From Candidatus Collierbacteria bacterium (GTDB lineage: Bacteria; Patescibacteriota; Microgenomatia; UBA1400; MFAQ01), in NCBI GenBank assembly GCA_903886255.1, contig CAISLM010000073.1, forward strand, positions 1 to 62,604: a stretch of 62,604 nt of DNA, read 5' to 3'. How positions within the stretch are numbered: position 1 is the stretch's first letter; each line of letters starts with the position of its first letter. Shown piece after piece: positions 47,001 to 56,532 of the stretch. Below the pieces are notes generated by a model. That model did no database searches, was not told the DNA's origin, and worked only from the letters and a program-made list of their open reading frames with translations. The translations under genes and the position numbers were made by a program.

Positions 47001-49066
47001 AAAAAAGACGCTTATATCGATATTCCCAAACACCAATCGATTCTCCTGTTGAGAAAAATAAACTGGAAATCGCCAAAGAACACCTTTTTTCCAAAATAGT
47101 TTTATTTTCTAAAGGAGTTATAAATTTAATTTTTTTCATCATCATCGTGGCAGTATTCGTCATCAATAAGGGCATAAACTGGCTTCTAAAATTGAGATTT
47201 ATGTCGCCGGTAAAAAACAAGCTCGGAAAATGGATTGATATTACCTATACCAAAATAATGTCGATTATTGATCCTGAACCTCAGCATAGTTTTAATCGGT
47301 CATACCTAATTGAGTTATCACTTAGTAATATGAAAGCCAAAAAAACCAGGACTCTAGTAACCATGGGTGGTATGGCGATTGGGATGGCCTTTATTGTTTT
47401 CTTGGTTTCTGTTGGGTATGGTCTTCAAAGCATGGTCGTTTCCCGTGTTGCCCGGCTTGATGAATTAAAGCAGGCAGACGTTGTTCCTGGTATGTCGTCG
47501 GATTTAATTTTAGATGACAGCTCGTTGTCGAATTTTTCCACTATTCCAAATGTAAAATCGGCCATGCCAATTATCGCGGTCGTTGGCAGAATTTCCTACC
47601 AACAGTCGGTTTCAGATATGGCTGTTTATGGCGTCACCACAGATTACTTAAAAAATTCTGCGATCCAACCAACCCAAGGAAAAATATTTGAAGACGCCAA
47701 CGCCGTTTCAATGGTCCAAAGTAATGGTCAAGTTGCCGGAGCATCAACCACACTCAAAACATTTTTTGTCGGAGACAAAATTGGTCCCGTCGATTTTGAA
47801 ATAGAACCCACATCTTGGTTAAGAGTTAGAGAATCGGCTTCCCCAACCGCAAAAATTATCGGCTATACTCGGAAAGTTGAAGGTAGTCAGTCCGGAACTG
47901 AAATCGTTGGCAAATATTATACAAATCCTGCCGATAGCTCGACAGAACTATCGGATTCGGACGGGAACAAGTTAGGAAAGTGGATAAAGACGATGGTTCC
48001 TTTGTGGCAGAAAGGCACTTGCGACAATAGCAGTAATGCCGCCTGCGAAGACGGGATGTATTCGCCGATCATAAATGATCAGGGCGGTCAAGGTCAGTCA
48101 GATGGCTTCATTGCCGAGTTATCCATGAAAATAACTAAAACTTCAGTTAGCACCCCCAAAGTCCTCGGCCTCTCTACTGATAATAATTCAAATGGTTCAC
48201 TGCCAATAGTTGATATCGCAAGTGAGTCTGCCATCGTCCAGGAAACCCAAAACAAAATCGTTGAGGTTTCCCCCCTAGCTAAAAAGGTTGCCGTTGTTAA
48301 TCGGTCTGTCCTGCAAGTTCTAAATCTTTCCGAAGGCAATGCTGTTGGTAAGAAAGTTACCCTTACTTTTGTTGTCGTCGGTGACCTAACTTCCGACTCA
48401 AAAGATAAGATTGAATCGGCCCCCACCGAATACACTATCATTGGGGTTATCCCGGACGAGGGTACTCCCATGGTTTATGTTCCGTTCTTAGATCTTAGAT
48501 CCCTCGGCATCACTAAATATTCCCAAATTAAGCTGATCGTGGCAGACCCCGGTAGTCTCAGTAAAGTTAGGTCCACCATCGAGGCCAGAGGATACGGAAC
48601 TGTTTCTGTTGCTGATACTGTGACCCAAATCGACAATCTTTTCTCCAGCTTCAGATTGATCTTGGCTGTTCTGGGTATGGTCGCCTTATCTGTGGCTGCC
48701 TTGGGCATGTTCAACACTCTGACAGTGTCTTTATTGGAGCGTACCCGGGAAGTCGGCCTGATGAAAGCCATGGGTATGAAATCTAGCGAAGTCAAAGATT
48801 TATTCCTCACTGAATCTATGATCATGGGTTTCTTCGGCGGCGTGATTGGGCTATTTATGGGAACGCTTGCTGGAAAGCTTTTGAGTTTGATTCTGACTGC
48901 GTTTTCTCTAATCAAAGGTGTGGGCACAGTCGATATTTCTTATGTTCCACCTGTATTCGTAGCCACAGTTCTAATCCTATCTGTCCTGGTGGGCATCCTT
49001 ACTGGCTATTTCCCGGCCAGGCGTGCCACCAAGATTTCTGCACTCAACGCCCTCCGCTACGAATAG
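46997..49066 (+). CDS. ABC transporter permease (MacB/FtsX type) with a large extracytoplasmic insertion
   Basis: RTLVTMGGMAIG, SLLERTREVGLMKAMG, FPARRATKISALNALRYE; insert includes SH3-like LRVRESASPTAKIIG. Confidence 0.93.
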   Translation: MKKRRLYRYSQTPIDSPVEKNKLEIAKEHLFSKIVLFSKGVINLIFFIIIVAVFVINKGINWLLKLRFMSPVKNKLGKWIDITYTKIMSIIDPEPQHSFNRSYLIELSLSNMKAKKTRTLVTMGGMAIGMAFIVFLVSVGYGLQSMVVSRVARLDELKQADVVPGMSSDLILDDSSLSNFSTIPNVKSAMPIIAVVGRISYQQSVSDMAVYGVTTDYLKNSAIQPTQGKIFEDANAVSMVQSNGQVAGASTTLKTFFVGDKIGPVDFEIEPTSWLRVRESASPTAKIIGYTRKVEGSQSGTEIVGKYYTNPADSSTELSDSDGNKLGKWIKTMVPLWQKGTCDNSSNAACEDGMYSPIINDQGGQGQSDGFIAELSMKITKTSVSTPKVLGLSTDNNSNGSLPIVDIASESAIVQETQNKIVEVSPLAKKVAVVNRSVLQVLNLSEGNAVGKKVTLTFVVVGDLTSDSKDKIESAPTEYTIIGVIPDEGTPMVYVPFLDLRSLGITKYSQIKLIVADPGSLSKVRSTIEARGYGTVSVADTVTQIDNLFSSFRLILAVLGMVALSVAALGMFNTLTVSLLERTREVGLMKAMGMKSSEVKDLFLTESMIMGFFGGVIGLFMGTLAGKLLSLILTAFSLIKGVGTVDISYVPPVFVATVLILSVLVGILTGYFPARRATKISALNALRYE

Positions 49067-49099
49067 GCACGAAACAATAGACTTTACCACCCCATAATA

Positions 49100-49142
49100 T
49101 TGATCTTTAGGCACTTTTGTGCTACAATCCCTCGTCAACTTA
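49100..49142 (+). promoter_or_regulatory. Promoter of orphan 49176 with CCCT-AACTTA module
   Basis: TTGATC-17 nt-TACAAT (extended TG), then CCCT-CGTC-AACTTA; SD AAAGGAGG at 49163-49170. Confidence 0.65.
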
Positions 49143-49175
49143 ACAATTTAACTTTCTGTCCCAAAGGAGGATCAG

Positions 49176-49577
49176 ATGAAACTCGTAACTATCGGTGACA
49201 TTGTTCTAAGCAAAATCGATCAAGACACACTTCCTCAGCTCCCGGATGATAAAACAACGAACATGGAGCTCAGTCTGGCCAGCAGTAAGTGGAACCATGC
49301 AGAAGAAGAATGGGTAGTTGCCATGCTTTCTTCATTCGCCGTCAAGAATGGTGCCTGGTGCCCAGTTCTTTGGAAAGATCTGGTCAAAATGTCTAAAAAG
49401 GAGAACAAACATCTTCTCGATCACGAACTGATGATTGCCGTCACGATCTCAAATATGGTCGCCACAGGCGATTTGATGATCGTTCACAATATCAAAGATG
49501 ACCTATTCTACATTGTCCCACTGCCTTCCCTCGGAAAAACGATCGCAAGCTGCGGACATGAATGGCGTCGTAAATAA
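49176..49577 (+). CDS. Hypothetical protein, 133 aa; self-contained cassette
   Basis: Has its own promoter, SD and terminator. Confidence 0.72.
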   Translation: MKLVTIGDIVLSKIDQDTLPQLPDDKTTNMELSLASSKWNHAEEEWVVAMLSSFAVKNGAWCPVLWKDLVKMSKKENKHLLDHELMIAVTISNMVATGDLMIVHNIKDDLFYIVPLPSLGKTIASCGHEWRRK

Positions 49578-49587
49578 TAATATTTCT

Positions 49588-49618
49588 TGCCGGAGACTCA
49601 ATGTCTCCGGCATTTTTT
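49588..49618 (+). terminator. Intrinsic terminator
   Basis: TGCCGGAGAC-tcaat-GTCTCCGGCA-T6. Confidence 0.88.
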
Positions 49619-49717
49619 GTGGCTTTATAGTACAATTTACCCTATCAAGCCATTGTCCAAACAGGCACTAGCAATGCGTGCCTATCTTTGGTACAATATC
49701 GCTTGTACAACTTATAT

Positions 49718-49936
49718 ATGGCTAAAAACCAAATGACCGAGGTAAACGGAGTCGTTTCCGAGGCTTTACCCAACACACAATTTCGGGTAACTCTCGAAGA
49801 CGGCAGAGAAATCTTGGCTCATCTTGCAGGTAAAATGCGGCTCTATCGCATTCGCGTGATGCCCGGTGACAAAGTTAAGCTCGAAATGAGCCCCTACGAC
49901 ACCGACAAAGGCAGAATCACTTACCGGTCAAGTTGA
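49718..49936 (+). CDS. infA: Translation initiation factor IF-1
   Basis: [30 protein letters not shown]; ATG 49718. Confidence 0.98.
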   Translation: MAKNQMTEVNGVVSEALPNTQFRVTLEDGREILAHLAGKMRLYRIRVMPGDKVKLEMSPYDTDKGRITYRSS

Positions 49937-50001
49937 TCCTTTTTCTTCCTCTGTTTGCTCTATAATACTAAAACATTTATTAACCTAAAAACTAAACACG
50001 C

Positions 50002-50115
50002 ATGCGCGTTCAATCGTCAGTCAGACCCAGATGCAAAAACTGCAAAATTATTAAACGCCACGGGAAGGTGTTCATTATTTGCATCAACCCACGCCACAAA
50101 CAGCGTCAAGGATAA
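50002..50115 (+). CDS. rpmJ: 50S ribosomal protein L36 (not in ORF track)
   Basis: [37 protein letters not shown]. Confidence 0.98.
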   Translation: MRVQSSVRPRCKNCKIIKRHGKVFIICINPRHKQRQG

Positions 50116-50131
50116 TTAAAATATACAAAAT

Positions 50132-50539
50132 ATGCCAAGAATTGCCGGTATCGACATCCCAAACGAAAAAAGAATTGACATCGCTCTCACATATATCTTC
50201 GGAATAGGTGACAAAGTTGCCAAAGACATCCTCAAAACAGCCAAAGTTGATCCTAGTATCCGCACCAAAAATCTAACTTCAGACGAATTTAAAAGTATCC
50301 AAAATGCAATCGAAGCCCTACCTACCGAAGGTGAGCTCAGAAAAATCATCCGCGACAATATTGAAACCTTAAAAAGAATCCAAGCTTATCGTGGTGTCCG
50401 CCATATGATGGGTCTACCTGTCAGAGGTCAAAGAACCCGCACCAACGCTCGTACCCGTAAGGGAAAGAGAAAGACCATTGGCGCCATCTCCAAAGAAGCC
50501 GCTACTAAAACAACTGAAACTCCTGCCGCAAAGAAATAA
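50132..50539 (+). CDS. rpsM: 30S ribosomal protein S13
   Basis: MPRIAGIDIP, GLPVRGQRTRTNART. Confidence 0.99.
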   Translation: MPRIAGIDIPNEKRIDIALTYIFGIGDKVAKDILKTAKVDPSIRTKNLTSDEFKSIQNAIEALPTEGELRKIIRDNIETLKRIQAYRGVRHMMGLPVRGQRTRTNARTRKGKRKTIGAISKEAATKTTETPAAKK

Positions 50540-50549
50540 TTAAACAACC

Positions 50550-50969
50550 ATGCCAGAAACAAAAACCAAGGAAACACCAAAAATAGTTAAAAAAGTTAAG
50601 AAAGCGTCAGCTGTCCACTTTAAGAGTGGTCAGGGAAAGATGTACGTCAAATCTACTTTTAATACTACTTATGTCTCTTTCACAAACATGAATGGTGACG
50701 TTATTTGCTGGAGTTCTGCCGGAACCTGTGGATTCAAAGGTGCCAAACGTTCTACCCCTTTTGCTGCTACCACCATTATTGAAGAAGGTACCCGAAAAGC
50801 TAAATCTCAAGGTTTAACTTCCGTCGACGTTTTCCTCAAAGGCCCCGGCCCTGGCAAAGATGCCGCTCTTCGTGTCCTAAAAACTTCCGGTATTGATATT
50901 AATTTACTTGCCGACACCACTCCCATTCCTCACAATGGTTGCCGCCCCAAGAAAACTAGAAGAGTCTAA
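50550..50969 (+). CDS. rpsK: 30S ribosomal protein S11
   Basis: GFKGAKRSTPFAA, DTTPIPHNGCRP. Confidence 0.99.
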   Translation: MPETKTKETPKIVKKVKKASAVHFKSGQGKMYVKSTFNTTYVSFTNMNGDVICWSSAGTCGFKGAKRSTPFAATTIIEEGTRKAKSQGLTSVDVFLKGPGPGKDAALRVLKTSGIDINLLADTTPIPHNGCRPKKTRRV

Positions 50970-50975
50970 AACACT

Positions 50976-51015
50976 GTCATTGCGCGATTCGGTACTCCGA
51001 ACCAAAGCAATCCAG
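50976..51015 (+). repeat. Palindromic element copy E5 (rpsK|rpsD) with compensatory stem changes
   Basis: GTCATTGCGCGA-TTCGG-tact-CCGAA-CCAAAGCAATCCAG. Confidence 0.85.
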
Positions 51016-51041
51016 AATATAAAAATAAAACTAAACAAAAC

Positions 51042-51665
51042 ATGGCAAAATATATCGACCCAAAATGCAGACTCTGCCGCCGCGAAGGCGTCAAGCTCTA
51101 TCTCAAAGGAGAACGTTGTTTCTCCCCCAAATGTCCTATTGAAAAAAGAGGCGCCCAGATCCCTGGCCAGCATGGTAAAAAAAGATCACATGGCCGCATT
51201 TCCGGATACGGAATTCAGCTTCGTGAAAAACAAAAAGCCAAACGCTCATACGGCGTTCTCGAAGGTCAATTCCACAAATATTATGAAGTTGCTATCAAAT
51301 CGGCTCAAAACACCGGTGAAGTTCTCATGCAGCTTCTCGAATCTCGCTTGGACAACGTCGTCTTCCGCTTTGGATTCGTTGCCAGCAGATCTTTAGCTCG
51401 TCAGCTAGTTACCCATGGTAACGTTTCTATCGATGGTAAAAAGGTTGATATTGCCTCTTACACCACAAAACCAGGCCAAACAGTTAAGATTTCCGATAAA
51501 GCCACCAAATTCACTTTCGTTTCTCCAAACTTAACCGAGAAGAGTGTTTCAGCCAAATGGTTATCCAAAAAAGGTGCCGAAGGCAAAATCGATCGTCTCC
51601 CAACTCGTGAAGAAATCGGCAGTGATATTAAGGAAAATCTCATTATCGAGTACTACTCAAGGTAA
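51042..51665 (+). CDS. rpsD: 30S ribosomal protein S4 (zinc-binding type)
   Basis: CRLCRREG...C...C, LESRLDNVVFR, IEYYSR. Confidence 0.99.
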   Translation: MAKYIDPKCRLCRREGVKLYLKGERCFSPKCPIEKRGAQIPGQHGKKRSHGRISGYGIQLREKQKAKRSYGVLEGQFHKYYEVAIKSAQNTGEVLMQLLESRLDNVVFRFGFVASRSLARQLVTHGNVSIDGKKVDIASYTTKPGQTVKISDKATKFTFVSPNLTEKSVSAKWLSKKGAEGKIDRLPTREEIGSDIKENLIIEYYSR

Positions 51666-51694
51666 TTATTTTAGCAATTAAAAAACAAAAGAAA

Positions 51695-52597
51695 ATGTTA
51701 GAACCAAATTTCAAAGTTTCAGTCAAGGACATTGCCGTTAACTCCGCCGAAGTTATTATTGAGCCTCTTCCACAGAATTTTGGTCATACACTGGGAAACG
51801 CTATTCGTCGTGTTTTGTTAACCTCTCTCGAAGGTGGTGCCGCTACCCGTGTCAAAATTGATGGCGTTACCCACCAGTTCTCCACATTAGCCGGTATGAA
51901 AGAGGATGTTTTGGAGCTTATTTTAAATCTCAAAACTCTAAACTTTGCTGTCGATTCCGATGAACCGGTTGAAATCAAACTGAAAGCTTCCGGATCCACC
52001 ATCGTTAAGGCATCAGACTTAGATCTTCCTTCAAACGTTACACTCGCTAACCCCGACGTCATTCTTTGCCACCTCACTTCTCCCAAAGCCAAGCTGGTTG
52101 CTACTGTTACTGTCGCCAAGGGTATGGGTTATGTCGCTGCCGAGGAAAATGCTACCGACGAAATTGGTGTCATTCCACTAGATTCTTCCTTCTCTCCGGT
52201 CATCAAAGCCAACTACACCATCGAAGCCGCCCGTGTTGGACGTTCCTCAAACTACGACAAGGTTCGCTTGGCCTTAACCACAAATGGAACTATCACCCCA
52301 GGTGAGGCAGTCAAGAGTGCCGCTCGTATTCTTACCGGATTTTTCGACTACGTTAACTCTGCAGAAGCTTACATTCAGGATGTCAAATCAAAGTCCGTCA
52401 TTGAAACCGCCGGTTTCGTAGACGACCTAGACCTTCCTACTCGCGTTCTAAACGCCTTGAAAAAAGCCGACATAAACAAGTTATCAGACCTTAAAGCTCT
52501 TACCCTCGCTGACCTTAAAAAAGTCAAAAACCTTGGAGAAAAATCTGCTACGCAGGTTATCGAAAAGGCAGCCGAGAAGGGCATTATTATTGAATAA
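51695..52597 (+). CDS. rpoA: RNA polymerase alpha subunit
   Basis: GHTLGNAIRRVLL, DSSFSPV, CTD LDLPTRVLNAL...NLGEKS. Confidence 0.99.
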   Translation: MLEPNFKVSVKDIAVNSAEVIIEPLPQNFGHTLGNAIRRVLLTSLEGGAATRVKIDGVTHQFSTLAGMKEDVLELILNLKTLNFAVDSDEPVEIKLKASGSTIVKASDLDLPSNVTLANPDVILCHLTSPKAKLVATVTVAKGMGYVAAEENATDEIGVIPLDSSFSPVIKANYTIEAARVGRSSNYDKVRLALTTNGTITPGEAVKSAARILTGFFDYVNSAEAYIQDVKSKSVIETAGFVDDLDLPTRVLNALKKADINKLSDLKALTLADLKKVKNLGEKSATQVIEKAAEKGIIIE

Positions 52598-52599
52598 AT

Positions 52600-53061
52600 A
52601 TGGGACGCCGACATCAATCAAAACTTCCAAAACTCAATCGTGACTCAAACTCCAGAAAATCCTTATTTAGGGTTCAGCTTAAGTCACTTATCGAGTACGG
52701 AAAGTTAACCACCACTGTAACCAAAGCCAAAATCATCAAACGCTTGTTTGATAAGCTTGCCGCCAAGGCCACCGAAGGTACTCTAGCTTCCCGCCGCAAC
52801 GTTTCGGCTACTCTCGGCTCACCCAAAACCGCCAACAGACTAATTGACGCCATTATCCCTGTAATGGGAGAACGCAAAAGTGGATTCACCACCATTCAAA
52901 AAGTTTCTGTCCAAAGAGGCGACGCCACCTCAATTGCCACTCTTAGCCTAGTCGCTATGCCACCGGTTGTCGAAAAGAAAGTTGAAGTCAAAGAAAAAAA
53001 GGCCCCTGTCAAAGAAGTAAAAAAAGAAACTAAAAAAGTAGTTAAAAAAGAAGCCAAATAG
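52600..53061 (+). CDS. rplQ: 50S ribosomal protein L17 with Lys/Glu-rich tail
   Basis: KLNRDSNSRKSL, TTVTKAK, RKSGFT...RGDA. Confidence 0.96.
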   Translation: MGRRHQSKLPKLNRDSNSRKSLFRVQLKSLIEYGKLTTTVTKAKIIKRLFDKLAAKATEGTLASRRNVSATLGSPKTANRLIDAIIPVMGERKSGFTTIQKVSVQRGDATSIATLSLVAMPPVVEKKVEVKEKKAPVKEVKKETKKVVKKEAK

Positions 53062-53068
53062 CCACACA

Positions 53069-53106
53069 GTCATTGCGAGTCTCGTAATCGAGCCGAAGCA
53101 ATCCAG
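53069..53106 (+). repeat. Palindromic element copy E6 (rplQ|rplM)
   Basis: GTCATTGCGAGTCTCG-TAAT-CGAGCCGAAGCAATCCAG; one mismatch to E1. Confidence 0.9.
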
Positions 53107-53124
53107 GAAATACAAATAAAACAT

Positions 53125-53559
53125 ATGAAAACTACAACTTTAAAACCAACCGACATTAAAAGAAGCTGGCATTTAATCGACCTCGAAGGTCAAATCCTTG
53201 GCAGAGTTTCCTCAGAAATCGCCAAATTACTTATGGGCAAGGGAAAGACTCTTACCGGCGCTCATCTAGACAGTGGTGACTACGTCGTAGCTATTAATTC
53301 AGCCAAAATCAAAGTTACCGGCAAAAAGCTCACCGATAAAAAATATTACTCTCACTCCGGTTTCCCGGGTGGTCTAAAAATGATCACTCTTGAGCAGTTA
53401 CTTGCCAAAGACTCTCGTAAAGTTATCGAAAAATCTGTTAAAGGCATGCTCCCCAAAGACAAACACCAGCAAGACAGAGAGCGCAGACTCAAGATTTACG
53501 CCGACGATAAACATCCTTATGCAGAGCAATTAGGACTTAATAAAAAATCCGAAAAATAA
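53125..53559 (+). CDS. rplM: 50S ribosomal protein L13
   Basis: WHLIDLEGQILGR, DSGDYVV, YSHSGFPGGLK. Confidence 0.99.
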   Translation: MKTTTLKPTDIKRSWHLIDLEGQILGRVSSEIAKLLMGKGKTLTGAHLDSGDYVVAINSAKIKVTGKKLTDKKYYSHSGFPGGLKMITLEQLLAKDSRKVIEKSVKGMLPKDKHQQDRERRLKIYADDKHPYAEQLGLNKKSEK

Positions 53560-53561
53560 AT

Positions 53562-54041
53562 ATGGCACAAAAACTAACCAAAAAATCTAAAGTCGCAGTT
53601 AAGCCGATCAAAACAGTTCCTGTCAAAAAGGGTGTTTTGGCTATGCCAAAAGAATATTTTTCCGCCATTGGTCGCCGCAAAACTGCTATTGCTCGTGTCC
53701 GTATCTGGCCTGGTAAACAAGAGCTGGTAGTCAATGGTAAACCTTTGACTTCTTATTTCAAGAGCGACACTATCAAGAAGATGATTAATTCTCCATTCGC
53801 AGCCGCTGAAATCTTAGGTCAATACACTGGCAGTATTAAAGTAGCCGGTAGTGGAATCATGGGTCAAGCAGAAGCCATCATGCATGGTATTGGTAGAGCT
53901 TTAGCCAAAGCCGATCCTGAGAAATTCAAGAAACTTATGCGCGACAAAGGCTTTCTGACGAGAGACCCAAGAATGAAAGAAACCAGAAAAGCCGGCCAAG
54001 GTGGTCGTGCCCGTGCCAAGAAGCAATCTCCAAAGCGTTAA
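53562..54041 (+). CDS. rpsI: 30S ribosomal protein S9
   Basis: GRRKTAIARV, LTRDPRMKE, QSPKR. Confidence 0.99.
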   Translation: MAQKLTKKSKVAVKPIKTVPVKKGVLAMPKEYFSAIGRRKTAIARVRIWPGKQELVVNGKPLTSYFKSDTIKKMINSPFAAAEILGQYTGSIKVAGSGIMGQAEAIMHGIGRALAKADPEKFKKLMRDKGFLTRDPRMKETRKAGQGGRARAKKQSPKR

Positions 54042-54099
54042 TCTAGATGCTTTCCAATAGCTGAATTTTCTGTGCAATAAGTGCTATAAATTAAGTAGT

Positions 54100-55257
54100 A
54101 TGAAAAACATAACAAAGCTTTTTGCTTGGCTCATACCTGCATTTTTATTTATTTTCTTTACGGCTCTCCCGGCCAACGCCTTCTATTTTCAGACAGGGAA
54201 CTCTATTGTTTTACCCAAGGGAAGTCCAATTAACGAAGCTGCACTAGTCACTGGATCATCGATCACAGTTGATTCTGATATCAATGGGGATCTCTACTGT
54301 GCCGGTCGTGATGTCGTCGTCAATGGCAATATCAAAGGCGACATAATTTGCGCATCACAAAGTCTCAAGGTGAATGGAACAGTAGACGGTAATATTCGTG
54401 CTGCCGGTCAAACGATTGAAGTGGCTGGCCAAGTTTCCAGAAACATTACTGTAGCTTCTCAAAGTCTGATTCTTGACCCAAAATCTATTATCAAAGGCGA
54501 TGTTTTTTTTGGTGTTCAAAATGTTGAGTTAAATGGTGCTATGAATCGTGACTTGGCCGGAGCAGGGGAAACAATTACTGTCGCAGGCTCCCTCCTAAGA
54601 AACGCCACAGTTACTGCCAGCAATCTTTCCGTCATAGAAACTGGCAAGATCGGAGGCAATCTCGATTATTATTTGGAAAAAACGGCTACCGCCTCTATCA
54701 ACGTCAAGAATATTAAAGGCACTGTTGTTCGCCATGATATTCAGACTCCTCAAAAAATGGAAGTTGAGAAAAAGGTAACGAAAGTTACCGGAATTGCTCT
54801 TGCTACAAAGATCATTTTTGGAATTATATCTTTCATGTTGTTAGGTCTGGCCCTGGTTTACTTCAATAGAGAAAATACAGAGAGAAGAATCGCCCTAATC
54901 CGGCAAAAACCATTGGTCTTGGCACTAATTGGCTTCGCTGTTCTTATCGTTGCACCAATTTTCTTTATTATTCTTTTCATCACTATTATTGGTATACCCT
55001 TCGCTTTCGTCGCCTTACTTGTATATATCGCGGCTCTTATCACCGCTTCTCTCTATCCATCCGCCCTTTACGGAAAATTATTCGTTGAAAAGATTTTCCA
55101 AAAAACAAATGTATCTATTGCCTGGCATATGGTTATCGGTGTTATTATCCTCGGGTTGTTATCAATCATCCCCATCATCGGTTGGATCATTGCCTTCATC
55201 TCATTCTGCTTAGGGCTGGGAGCTTTTGTGGCCTCACTTTCTCCTGAAAAGAAATAA
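54100..55257 (+). CDS. Bactofilin-like (polymer-forming) beta-helix protein with a multi-TM C-terminus
   Basis: Signal peptide; repeats GDLYCAG, GDIICAS, GNIRAAG, RDLAGAG; about 5 C-terminal TM helices. Confidence 0.7.
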   Translation: MKNITKLFAWLIPAFLFIFFTALPANAFYFQTGNSIVLPKGSPINEAALVTGSSITVDSDINGDLYCAGRDVVVNGNIKGDIICASQSLKVNGTVDGNIRAAGQTIEVAGQVSRNITVASQSLILDPKSIIKGDVFFGVQNVELNGAMNRDLAGAGETITVAGSLLRNATVTASNLSVIETGKIGGNLDYYLEKTATASINVKNIKGTVVRHDIQTPQKMEVEKKVTKVTGIALATKIIFGIISFMLLGLALVYFNRENTERRIALIRQKPLVLALIGFAVLIVAPIFFIILFITIIGIPFAFVALLVYIAALITASLYPSALYGKLFVEKIFQKTNVSIAWHMVIGVIILGLLSIIPIIGWIIAFISFCLGLGAFVASLSPEKK

Positions 55258-55291
55258 TGTAGAATTTAGTTATTACAAAACTTAAATTCTC

Positions 55292-56008
55292 ATGAAAGGA
55301 TTCTTAACGTTTCTGTTGGTTTTGGTCGTAGTAATTATTTTTATTGCTGGGCTCGCCGGTTTTATTCCCGGCCTATCAACAATTATGGGAACTAACAAAC
55401 CCAAAGATCTTGGAATAAGTATAACTAAAGAAGATTCAGCAAAGGCTCAAGAAAAATCTGGAGTCGTTTTAGTTGAGCTCCCTAAAGATACCCCCGTAGA
55501 AAATAGTTACCAACTTTCCGGCCAGCGAGCTGCCAGCTTTAGTTTTGATAGCAAAGAAGCCACTGGTGTTATTAATAATCGTCCTTGGAAGTATTATCCA
55601 TTTTATGATCTCCAGTTAAGAATCAACTCCGATGGAACCATAGAAACATCCGGCATGGTCGACATGTCTATCCTCATGAACTATGCGAAATCCCTGGGTT
55701 ATGCAACCGATGATGTGAATAGTGCTCTTAGTCAATATCACATTCCCAAAATGAATATGCCATTTTATGTCAAAGGCACCGGCAATATTATCGATAATAA
55801 AGTTACGATAAATGTCCAATCTTTAGAAGCCGGTAGAATTCCAATTCCTTCCGGAGTCCTCTCTTCCAATATGGACAGAATCAATTCATTTGCCCAAGAC
55901 ATAGTCGACAGACAAAAAGGCTTCTCTGCCAAGAAACTGGACGTCGAAGATGGAAAAATAGTTTTTGACGGCACCATGCCGGAAAAAGAATCAATTGTTG
56001 TTAAATAA
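55292..56008 (+). CDS. Membrane-anchored hypothetical protein
   Basis: N-terminal TM helix, soluble remainder; no motif recognised. Confidence 0.7.
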   Translation: MKGFLTFLLVLVVVIIFIAGLAGFIPGLSTIMGTNKPKDLGISITKEDSAKAQEKSGVVLVELPKDTPVENSYQLSGQRAASFSFDSKEATGVINNRPWKYYPFYDLQLRINSDGTIETSGMVDMSILMNYAKSLGYATDDVNSALSQYHIPKMNMPFYVKGTGNIIDNKVTINVQSLEAGRIPIPSGVLSSNMDRINSFAQDIVDRQKGFSAKKLDVEDGKIVFDGTMPEKESIVVK

Positions 56009-56016
56009 TAATAAAT

Positions 56017-56523
56017 ATGAAAAGAATTCTTCCCATAATTTTTCTCTCCCTAGCTCTTGCCGGTTGTCAAAAAACATCCTCAGCGCAAATAAATCCTACA
56101 CCAACAAAAACACAAGCCAACATTTTCACTTCCATCCAGGATGCAGTTAACAAACAGCTAATCCTAAAATGTAATTACACAGATGACACCGGCAGCCAAA
56201 TAACGACTTATATTAAAGGCAGTCTCGTCTATCTCAGGGGATCGGGTGACCAGGCTAGTGTCAGTGGTTTAATGCAAGAACATAAGTACTATATCTGGGC
56301 CGAGGGCAATAATAAAGGGATAGTTTTTGATCTGGACAAAATGATGGCGGATGGCACAGCCAAGATGGGGGACACTGTTATCAAATCGGAAAACGATATC
56401 ATTGCCAAGCTGGAAGAACAAAAACAAAAATGTCAGCTTAGTCCTGAATCGGGTTCTCTTTTTGATCTTCCTAAAAATGTTGACTTCCAATCCGGCGATA
56501 ACTTTTTTGGTTCATCAAAATAA
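56017..56523 (+). CDS. Putative lipoprotein
   Basis: Lipobox LALAGC. Confidence 0.75.
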   Translation: MKRILPIIFLSLALAGCQKTSSAQINPTPTKTQANIFTSIQDAVNKQLILKCNYTDDTGSQITTYIKGSLVYLRGSGDQASVSGLMQEHKYYIWAEGNNKGIVFDLDKMMADGTAKMGDTVIKSENDIIAKLEEQKQKCQLSPESGSLFDLPKNVDFQSGDNFFGSSK

Positions 56524-56532
56524 TCAAGACTA

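Noticed and set aside
35957-53106. CRISPR interpretation of the GTCATTGC repeats
   Set aside because: The copies are dispersed, variable, not separated by uniform spacers, and no cas genes are present.
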